A DNA stretch of 30,820 nucleotides from a virus (Duplodnaviria > Caudoviricetes): the IMG/VR virus record IMGVR_UViG_3300032320_002660, positions 1-30,820 of that record; one strand, given 5' to 3'. Positions 23,658 to 30,820 of the stretch are shown one piece after another. Positions within the stretch are counted from its first letter, which is position 1; every line of letters begins with the position of its first letter. Both the position numbers and the translations under genes were made by a program. A model generated the notes under the pieces. That model did not search any database. It saw nothing but the letters and a program-made list of their open reading frames with translations, and was not told where the DNA came from.

Positions 23658-23794
23658 AATTTATTGCGTTTTAACCATTTGAAAAATGATTTTATAGATG
23701 TAGGCAATTCATATTTTCCTTTAGCAATATCAATTCTATCTGATACTTTGTAATAATCTTTTTGAGACAAAAGGTCAATTGTATTCTTTATCAT
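23645..23794 (-). CDS. Small protein upstream of the tape measure (49 aa)
   Basis: Not in the ORF track. MIKNTIDLLSQKDYYKVSDRIDIAKGKYELPTSIKSFFKWLKRNKLWQK; TGTTA motif just upstream; overlaps the tape-measure start. Confidence 0.7.
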   Translation of the reverse strand: MIKNTIDLLSQKDYYKVSDRIDIAKGKYELPTSIKSFFKWLKRNKLWQK

Positions 23795-23813
23795 AACCTT
23801 TTAACACCAGTTA

Positions 23814-24614
23814 TCACTTTAATAGTGGATGGAAATATCTTTTATAGTAATCTGCGTTAATGTTATTTTCCTGTGATTTAAGGAAGTCATAGTATTTTTG
23901 ATATACTATATCCAATTCAGATTTATCTAACGGAAATAGAGGGCCTGTGCAATAATCACCACTACTCTGCTTATGATTCTCAAAGTTATCTGGATTATTT
24001 ATATCTCCACTTTGTTTATGACCTGCAACCTCTGATGGGTCTGACCAATTAAAGCAGTATGATGGAATATAATTTTCATTGTATTCGTCTAGTTGTCTTT
24101 CATCTCTTAATCTTGTATACCAACTTAAACCTTCATAGCCTGTTAAATCCTCTCTAAAACCAATCTCTCTAATTCTATCCATCTTTACAATTACAGATGC
24201 TTCCAAAGTATTTTGACAAAACTCTACTTTATCTCCGGTTGCAAATAAAGACATTTTAGGTTTCCATGCATCTTTATCATTTTCAGTAATTCCGTCTACA
24301 GCTTGTTCAATATGATAAGGTAAATAAATATCATCATCATCTGCTAACATAAAGTAATCACCTGTTGTGTGAGTTACTGCATCTCTACAAATCTCACCTC
24401 TATTTTTATACTTCTCACCTGTCAAATAGTTTGTATCATTATTAACTACAATGATAGTTGGGTCATCAAATCCTAACTCATATGGGTGTTCCATATCTGT
24501 ATTGAATATAATCAATTCTTTGTTTTGATATGTTTGTGCATGGTATTGTGCAACTATTCTTTTTACACAATAAAATCTGCGGTATGATGTGCAGACAAAA
24601 CTAACTTTTTTCAT
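23814..24614 (-). CDS. Glycosyltransferase, GT2/GT-A fold
   Basis: 'VSFVCTSYRR...QTYQNKELIIFN...GDYFMLADDDDIYLPYHI'. Confidence 0.88.
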   Translation of the reverse strand: MKKVSFVCTSYRRFYCVKRIVAQYHAQTYQNKELIIFNTDMEHPYELGFDDPTIIVVNNDTNYLTGEKYKNRGEICRDAVTHTTGDYFMLADDDDIYLPYHIEQAVDGITENDKDAWKPKMSLFATGDKVEFCQNTLEASVIVKMDRIREIGFREDLTGYEGLSWYTRLRDERQLDEYNENYIPSYCFNWSDPSEVAGHKQSGDINNPDNFENHKQSSGDYCTGPLFPLDKSELDIVYQKYYDFLKSQENNINADYYKRYFHPLLK

Positions 24615-25146
24615 ATAGATAAACTGATTTATTTAATTTAATATTTTCTTTTCCTAATAACTCATCAACTGCATTTATTACACCTCTCCATGCCACATCA
24701 TAATCATGTCCTGCAAGTATACCACCTTTTTTAATTTTAGGCAACCATGCTATAATATCTTTTTTTACATCATCATATTCATGTGAACCATCTATAAAGC
24801 AAAAATCAATAGTTTCATCTTCATAATTATGCACAACATCCAATGAATATCCTTTAATTAAATTAACGATACCCATATCTGTTAATGGTTTAAGATTATC
24901 ACTCGCTTCTTTGTATAACCAATCTTTAACATCTCCATGTTCTTGTGAACCTTCGAAACTATCTATTGCGTGATATTTGATTTTTTTGTTTGAATTAAGG
25001 ATTTCTACACCCATAAAAGCAGTGCTACCACCCTTCCATACACCAATTTCAACGAAAAAAGAATCATTTTGAGATTTATTTACTATGTCTTTGAATACTT
25101 CTTCGTAATCAAACCAATTCTGTATTGTATTGTAAAAATGTTGCAT
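24601..25146 (-). CDS. Class I SAM-dependent methyltransferase (Methyltransf_24-like, probable sugar O-methyltransferase)
   Basis: 'FVEIGVWKGGST...AIDSF...FIDGSHEYDDVKKDI...GGILAGHDY'. Confidence 0.88.
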   Translation of the reverse strand: MQHFYNTIQNWFDYEEVFKDIVNKSQNDSFFVEIGVWKGGSTAFMGVEILNSNKKIKYHAIDSFEGSQEHGDVKDWLYKEASDNLKPLTDMGIVNLIKGYSLDVVHNYEDETIDFCFIDGSHEYDDVKKDIIAWLPKIKKGGILAGHDYDVAWRGVINAVDELLGKENIKLNKSVYLYEKS

Positions 25147-25793
25147 TATTTTATAAATTGTTTGTATGCTAAATTGTAATTATGAGTTCTCTCTACTTTA
25201 CCACCCCATAAATCACTTTCTGAATTACCATCTTGCAGACAAATCAATTTTTTGCTTAAATAAAAATTCTTATCAGCTTCATTAAAACTTAAATAGAATA
25301 CATCTAAAAGTGTATTGTTTGGAATGTTTGTAATTACTTTATCGTAGAATGTATGATTAACAATATAAGAATGTGCACCATATACTCCATTTGTCTTAAC
25401 TAATAAATCAGAATATGGTTCTGCTTCTCTATTTGGTTCTCCACCAAAGTAAAATACATCCCACTCTAAATTTTTTAATTCATCAATACACTTCTTAGCT
25501 TTTTCCATAAATCCATCAACAAATATGCAATCATCTTCTAATATCCAAATGTTTTTAAGATTTTGTTGTTTTGCTAACTTAACTAAATTGATATGTGATT
25601 GACAACAGGCCATTTTTTTATGCCAGTTAGTATCAGCAAATGGATTATCAATATCTTCTAATTTTAATTGCACTGCATTATATCTTTCTACATCTAAACC
25701 TAAATTGTTTATCTGATTTTCAAATATTTGTTTTCTATCTGTTCTGTAATCTAAATTTATGTAGTATGCTTTATCTATGTAATCTAAAATCAT
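25146..25793 (-). CDS. Glycosyltransferase, GT25 family
   Basis: 'YYINLDYRTDRK...ACCQSH...ILEDD...WDVFYFGG...GAHSYIVN'. Confidence 0.88.
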   Translation of the reverse strand: MILDYIDKAYYINLDYRTDRKQIFENQINNLGLDVERYNAVQLKLEDIDNPFADTNWHKKMACCQSHINLVKLAKQQNLKNIWILEDDCIFVDGFMEKAKKCIDELKNLEWDVFYFGGEPNREAEPYSDLLVKTNGVYGAHSYIVNHTFYDKVITNIPNNTLLDVFYLSFNEADKNFYLSKKLICLQDGNSESDLWGGKVERTHNYNLAYKQFIK

Positions 25794-26749
25794 ACTAATG
25801 GAGATTGTTTAGCAGTTTCTAATATTTCTAACCAATAATTGTAAGATGCTGTATTTTTTGTTATTTCTAAATTTGCATTATAAGGATAGGAATTTATATA
25901 CTCAGCTTTATAAAATAAACCTGATGTTGAATTAGTTACACCTGCATTATGAAATATATTATTCTTTTCCCAATTATCTTGTCCCTCAGTTGCCCATGTA
26001 AATTCAAAGTTAGTATGACACATAGTATGATTTTCTCTTAACCAACCATTCCATAATACGGCCCACATATCCGCACACCATATTTGTAATTCGTGATACG
26101 ATGGATTTTCTTGTTTCTTTATTGCACTTAATTCTGAAATATTTTTATATAATATCTCACTATCTCTTTCAACTTTATCCCAATACTTGTAATCAATATT
26201 CTTCATTAGGTATTGTGCCCCTATGGCGGCTAATTCATTCCTCTCAACTTCAAATTTGGATATACCTACTATATCACACATTGCTTCTAAAATATCGTCT
26301 CCTTTTGACTTTATATAGTCATGTCCTATATACCAACGAGTATCACTACCATACCATCTCTTATCGTTAATCATAATATCAGTAATCCATTCTCTTGGTG
26401 GTTTTGTAAATACGATATCACAATCATGGTAAAAGATTGCATCATTAACCAACTCAGGATATTTTTCCCAATGTTGCTTTAATATGTTAGGTCTGATTGA
26501 AGAAATATAATGTCTAGTTTCTCTATTATCATCATAGAAAAAGAAACGAGCTGGATAATGATTTGCAAGTTTATTCCAACTTTCAGGGATTACACCATTT
26601 TGTTTCCAACATACAATATCAACATTGTTTAAGTTAATACCTTGTTTTCTGAAATTATTTAACATTACGTCAACTTGCCAAGCATAATACTCACTTGCAG
26701 GTTGTGCACATACATACCTTAATTGTTTTCCAATGTAGATTTCTGCCAT
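25790..26749 (-). CDS. GT-A glycosyltransferase resembling HPAT/SGT1 (GT95/GT96) peptide O-glycosyltransferases
   Basis: DxD in 'YHDCDIVFTKP'; motifs 'YYAWQVDVM', 'YISSIRP...HW', 'WCADMWA' and 'IFHNAG' in the same order as plant HPAT/SGT1 motifs recalled from memory. Confidence 0.6.
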   Translation of the reverse strand: MAEIYIGKQLRYVCAQPASEYYAWQVDVMLNNFRKQGINLNNVDIVCWKQNGVIPESWNKLANHYPARFFFYDDNRETRHYISSIRPNILKQHWEKYPELVNDAIFYHDCDIVFTKPPREWITDIMINDKRWYGSDTRWYIGHDYIKSKGDDILEAMCDIVGISKFEVERNELAAIGAQYLMKNIDYKYWDKVERDSEILYKNISELSAIKKQENPSYHELQIWCADMWAVLWNGWLRENHTMCHTNFEFTWATEGQDNWEKNNIFHNAGVTNSTSGLFYKAEYINSYPYNANLEITKNTASYNYWLEILETAKQSPLV

Positions 26750-26796
26750 ACTTTTATTATTTTGTTCACTATTCTAACACTAATAAAAATGTTTGT

Positions 26797-28572
26797 CTAA
26801 CTACATGCTCCATCCGTTGCACTTACTGTAATTGTAGTTCCAGAAGTGATTGTTGCATCTGTTATTACAAATAAACCTGAACCACCTCCACCTACATTTT
26901 GACAAGTTATGTTGCTATCAGAGTCGGTGAAAGTAATGTTTTGACCAGCAACTGCACTGCCATAATAAATAATTACATCTTTTGTTCCCAATTGAGTTGA
27001 AGTAAAGTTACCATTTTCACCCGAAGTAATTGTGAAATTAGAACCACCACCTGCAAAAGTTACAGCTACACCATTTATTGTCATACCAGTAATTGGAATA
27101 TCTAATGATGAATTTGTAATATAAATGTCAACACTTGCAGCAGTTGTAGTTGTTGTAGTTGTCGGTGCTGCAGTTGTCGTAGTTGTTGATGTTGTAGTAG
27201 TCGGTGCTGCAGTTGTCGTAGTTGTTGATGTCGTAGTTGTTGTACAATTCGTTTGACCACCATTTTGTATGGCCTCTCTTGTACCAGATGTAACTTTTAC
27301 ATACCTTGTTCCATTTGGTTGGTTTGGATATAATCTTTCACTTGCTGAACTACCTACAAATGTTACTGCACCTGCATTTGCAGAAACAGCATCACCATAA
27401 GTTACAACACTTGCAAAATAATTTGTACCATTACCTCCTGCAAATCCACCAACAGTAATCGTTTGAGTATCACCTGTACAAGCTCCTGTAATATCAAAAG
27501 TAACCGGTGGTTCTGTTGTAGTAGTGGTTGTTGGAGCTAACGTAGTAGTTGATGTAGTAGTCGTAGTCGTGGGAGCCGCAGTAGTTGTTGTAGTACTTGT
27601 AGTACTAGTTGTTGTTGGTGCAGCAGTAGTTGTAGTAGTCGGTGCTGCAGTAGTTGTGGTTGTCGTAGTTGGACTAGGACAAACACATCCTCCACCTGCT
27701 AAAGTACCTGTACCTCCATCTAATGATACTGGTAAATCAACATTATTACAAATACAAATAACAGTGCCTGTTGTAAAATAATCGTATCTATCTATACCAT
27801 TACAATCTTTCCAGAAGAAATTACCTGAATTGGTAATGTTATATTCTTTTGGTGCAGGACAAGGTAAAGTCGTTGTCGTAGTTGGTGCAAGAGTTGTAGT
27901 TGTTGTCTGTGCTGCAGTTGTTGTCGTTGTACTTGTAGTCGTTGTTGTCGGTGCTGCCGTTGTTGTAGTTGTTGTCGTAGTTGGAGGAGGACAAGTTTGT
28001 GTCTTACAATTACCAACAGGTGTTATGGTACCAGTAGTTCCTACTTGAAAGAAAGCTTGTAATAATCCACCTATTTGAGCTGCACATAAATAATATGTTC
28101 CAGCACTCATATAAGCATAATTCTGATTTGCACCATAACAATTGAATGTTTCAACTACACCACCCGCAGATGTTATAACAACTTCTGTACAGATACATGG
28201 GTCAGGACTAAATGTTGTTGTTGTAGTTGTAGGCCCACTCGTTGTTGTAGAAGTGGTTGTAGGTGCTGCAGTAGTTGTAGTTGTTGTAGAAGTACTTGTT
28301 GTTGTTGTAGAAGTAGTCGTAGTCGTTGTCGTTGCAAACACTTCAATTACTTCATTCAGAAAACATCCCACTGCTAAGTTGACTAATTTAATACATCTAG
28401 CAGTATCAGGCATTGTAACTATTGCAGTTGAACCAACTGTAGGCAAACTAACAGAACTACCATCTGTACAAAGTATAAAAGCTATACAATCAGTTGAATA
28501 GTATATATTGTAAAGAGGACCTGAGTCAGCGTCTCTTGTAGTTAGTGTTATTTGTCTATTTATGTTTGCCAT
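26797..28572 (-). CDS. Mucin-like virion protein: five small domains joined by four Thr tracts
   Basis: 591 aa; N-terminal 'DSGPLYNIYY' domain; (T)nAAP tracts; Cys-rich modules; no signal peptide; lies between the tail-tip gene and the GT cluster. Confidence 0.8.
   Translation of the reverse strand: MANINRQITLTTRDADSGPLYNIYYSTDCIAFILCTDGSSVSLPTVGSTAIVTMPDTARCIKLVNLAVGCFLNEVIEVFATTTTTTTSTTTTSTSTTTTTTAAPTTTSTTTSGPTTTTTTFSPDPCICTEVVITSAGGVVETFNCYGANQNYAYMSAGTYYLCAAQIGGLLQAFFQVGTTGTITPVGNCKTQTCPPPTTTTTTTTAAPTTTTTSTTTTTAAQTTTTTLAPTTTTTLPCPAPKEYNITNSGNFFWKDCNGIDRYDYFTTGTVICICNNVDLPVSLDGGTGTLAGGGCVCPSPTTTTTTTAAPTTTTTAAPTTTSTTSTTTTTAAPTTTTTTSTTTLAPTTTTTTEPPVTFDITGACTGDTQTITVGGFAGGNGTNYFASVVTYGDAVSANAGAVTFVGSSASERLYPNQPNGTRYVKVTSGTREAIQNGGQTNCTTTTTSTTTTTAAPTTTTSTTTTTAAPTTTTTTTAASVDIYITNSSLDIPITGMTINGVAVTFAGGGSNFTITSGENGNFTSTQLGTKDVIIYYGSAVAGQNITFTDSDSNITCQNVGGGGSGLFVITDATITSGTTITVSATDGACS
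27136..28332 (-). repeat. Four coding Thr-rich tracts
   Basis: At approximately 27136-27243, 27505-27673, 27868-27988 and 28213-28332. Confidence 0.92.
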
Positions 28573-28585
28573 AGTTTTGTTTTAT

Positions 28586-30820
28586 TTAAGAACAATTATA
28601 TTGTGTTGCTAATACATTTGGTGGTGTAAATACAAATCCATCAGTCTGATATACAACAAATGGAATACCATCAGAAGATGGTGTATAATTTCCTTGCATA
28701 AATTCTAAATTAGTTACATCTCTAAATGCACCATAGTTTGGATTAGGGCTACTAAATGGAGTTGTTAAATTCGAATTTAACCAAGCTTCCGCTCCAAAAT
28801 AATTAAAATTAGCATAAGTAAGATTGAAGAAAGAGACAGCTTGATTTCTTACATAAAAAGATGAACTTTCTTGATTATAATACATGTTACTAGTAGCCGT
28901 TCCTGTACCATTACAAGGGTTAGTAGGTATTATTGCTCCTCCTAAATTATTTGTGCTTTTATATTGAATAGTCGATGGAGTTACTTTATCCAATCTTTGT
29001 ACAGATATATTTGATAATGTATTATAAGTATCAGGTTGAAATCTTACAATTTCTCTATTATTATCAAATTCAGCTATATAGAAACGATTAGCTGATATAT
29101 TTGCTTGATATCTTGTAGTATAGTCTGTATTAAAAGCAGGAACTGGTGCCCAACCTTTTTGCATTATACTTTGTGATACAGGTAATATTCCAATTGTAGC
29201 AGCAACACTTCCGGATGAGTATAAATAAGGTTTAGCTAAATTATAAGAACTAAATCCATTACTTCCGCTCATATCATATAATACTAAATTTCTATTAACA
29301 GATAATCCAATTTCTACACTTCTAGTCACACTATTCCATAAAGATGCACTCCAAAATCCAAGCATTCCCCAATCATTTGGTTGGCTTCTCCACTGCCCAC
29401 CATTTCCTAAATATGATGCTGATAATGCAGCTAATCCATTATCGTAAGTATCGGTTATTCTTACATCATAATAACTAGCAGTTCCTAATGTTGCTCCAAT
29501 AGATAAAGATGATGAAATTATAGATGTATTTAATGCAAATGGAACACTACCTAAAATATTTGCACTACCAGTAAATGATATATTTGAATTAGATGGTAAT
29601 GTTTGTTCACCACCAACATTTACTGCACTGCCAGATAAGTTAATATATAATTGATTACTAGCTGTAAATGGTGCACTTAATGAAGATGATATATCAAATC
29701 TAAAAAATCTAGGTTGTGGAGGCAAAGTAGTCGTAGTCGTAGGCGTTATTGTAGTCGTTGTAGTAGTAGGTGCAATAGTTGTAGTCGTTGTTGTAGTTGT
29801 ACTGGTCGTAGATGTAGTCGTTGTTGTAGGTGCTGCAGTTGTTGTTGTTGTAGTTGTAGTAGTTGGTGTAATTGTACATGCTGCTCCATATGTAATCGTT
29901 GCACCGGTGCCTGTGATACCAGCCCAACTTCCAATAACTCCACATACTATCAATGTTTGATTTATAGATAATGTACCAGCTATTAGTGTATTAGATGCAC
30001 AATCGTGATAAACGTAAGTGCCAGCAGATACAGGCCCTTGAGTAAATGTTATCAATTGACAACTTCCTGATGGAAGACAATTAAACGATGATGAATTATT
30101 ACATTGTGGGTTTGCTGGAATATTGCTACCTCTAGATATTATAGAACTTGCACCTGTTATGGTACCTGAACCACTTGCCGCACAAACTAATAATATTTCA
30201 TTACTACTAAGTGATTGAGATTTCGCAGAACCACCACATTCTGTCCAAGTTGCTGTATCTCCCAAACCACCTGCAACAAATAAAAGACAATCACAAATTG
30301 GTGATGCAGTAGTTGTAGTTGTTGTCGGAGCTGCAGTTGTTGTAGTCGTTGTTGTTGTAGGTGCAAGGGTTGTTGTAGTAGTTGGTGCAATAGTTGTACT
30401 AGTGGTTGTTGTAGGAGCAATAGTAGTCGTAGTAGTAGGTGCAGCAGTTGTAGTCGTTGTTGTACTAGTTACTATAAACGAAGATGTAAAATTAAATCCA
30501 CATTCTTTTGCAGGCAATAAATTACTAATTACAGGCGGTTCTAATGGGCCTAATAATTGTATTTTACATTCACCATTTTTTAAGTTATAATCGTTTATTG
30601 CACGAAGGTGATAATAGTTTCCTCTCCATTCAACTATATCGTTCAATTCCATCTTATAATAATCTGCAAGAGGAATGATTGCTTCACAATTAAATAAACG
30701 AGTTCTAGGATTATACAATAAGTTTACATATGTTTCCCAATATTGTGTATAAAGACTACCTGTTGGTATTTGTCCATATGCTGCAGCTTCATTATTAAAA
30801 AGTAAACTATCACTTCCAAC
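28586..30820 (-). CDS. Tail tip protein, C-terminal part, with mucin-like extension (5' end outside the window)
   Basis: The frame is open to the window edge (VGSDSLLFNNE...SLYTQYWETYVNLLYNPRTRL...LNDIVEWRGNYYHLRAINDY...IQLL), followed by Thr tracts, Cys modules and a ~370-aa beta-rich region. Confidence 0.8.
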   Translation of the reverse strand, partial: VGSDSLLFNNEAAAYGQIPTGSLYTQYWETYVNLLYNPRTRLFNCEAIIPLADYYKMELNDIVEWRGNYYHLRAINDYNLKNGECKIQLLGPLEPPVISNLLPAKECGFNFTSSFIVTSTTTTTTAAPTTTTTIAPTTTTSTTIAPTTTTTLAPTTTTTTTTAAPTTTTTTASPICDCLLFVAGGLGDTATWTECGGSAKSQSLSSNEILLVCAASGSGTITGASSIISRGSNIPANPQCNNSSSFNCLPSGSCQLITFTQGPVSAGTYVYHDCASNTLIAGTLSINQTLIVCGVIGSWAGITGTGATITYGAACTITPTTTTTTTTTAAPTTTTTSTTSTTTTTTTTIAPTTTTTTITPTTTTTLPPQPRFFRFDISSSLSAPFTASNQLYINLSGSAVNVGGEQTLPSNSNISFTGSANILGSVPFALNTSIISSSLSIGATLGTASYYDVRITDTYDNGLAALSASYLGNGGQWRSQPNDWGMLGFWSASLWNSVTRSVEIGLSVNRNLVLYDMSGSNGFSSYNLAKPYLYSSGSVAATIGILPVSQSIMQKGWAPVPAFNTDYTTRYQANISANRFYIAEFDNNREIVRFQPDTYNTLSNISVQRLDKVTPSTIQYKSTNNLGGAIIPTNPCNGTGTATSNMYYNQESSSFYVRNQAVSFFNLTYANFNYFGAEAWLNSNLTTPFSSPNPNYGAFRDVTNLEFMQGNYTPSSDGIPFVVYQTDGFVFTPPNVLATQYNCS
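29717..30471 (-). repeat. Two coding Thr-rich tracts
   Basis: At approximately 29717-29871 and 30300-30471. Confidence 0.92.

Larger units (their letters stand above)
1..30820 (-). mobile_element. Tailed dsDNA bacteriophage genome (siphovirus-like, probable Bacteroidota host), near-complete
   Basis: Terminase, portal, capsid, tail tube, tape measure and protease genes; dense co-oriented ORFs with overlapping stop/start codons; no host housekeeping genes; A-rich leaders without SD motifs. Confidence 0.95.

Noticed and set aside
23814-26749. Host LPS/capsule locus or DNA-glucosylation cluster
   Set aside because: No flippase, polymerase, nucleotide-sugar synthesis, membrane GT or base-hydroxymethylase genes are present, and the cluster is embedded among tail genes. 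Not formally excluded, but virion glycosylation fits better.
1-30820. Stop-codon reassignment (as in some Bacteroidota phages)
   Set aside because: Genes are intact under the standard code, and TAA, TAG and TGA all end tightly packed ORFs.

Overview
The window is almost entirely a tailed dsDNA phage genome (AT-rich, siphovirus-like), probably infecting a Bacteroidota host: there are no Shine-Dalgarno motifs, leaders are A-rich, and TTTG-N20-TATATTG promoters are present. Nearly all genes lie on the minus strand. The window starts with the N-terminus and ends with the C-terminus of what looks like the same tail-tip gene, so it may be most of a circularly permuted genome of roughly 32-33 kb. 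It carries a shuffled morphogenesis module (terS, terL, frameshifted tail chaperone, fibre, scaffold, major capsid, tail tube, portal, head-tail genes, prohead protease, tape measure) and a minimal replication/control region (initiator with iterons, three DnaA boxes, mirror-image divergent promoters). It also encodes a phage sigma factor with a matching recurring TGTTA motif, an HNH nuclease and two DUF4338/Mom-like proteins. The strongest candidate for a new system is a mucin-like virion glycocoat. Three structural genes carry seven long Thr/Ala/Pro tracts separating Cys-rich modules. A four-gene cluster sits inside the tail region: a GT resembling plant HPAT/SGT1 peptide O-glycosyltransferases, a GT25, a SAM methyltransferase and a GT2. 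A promoter- and terminator-bounded structured ncRNA candidate of about 108 nt lies at 19711-19818. All family assignments come from motif recognition by eye, not from database searches.
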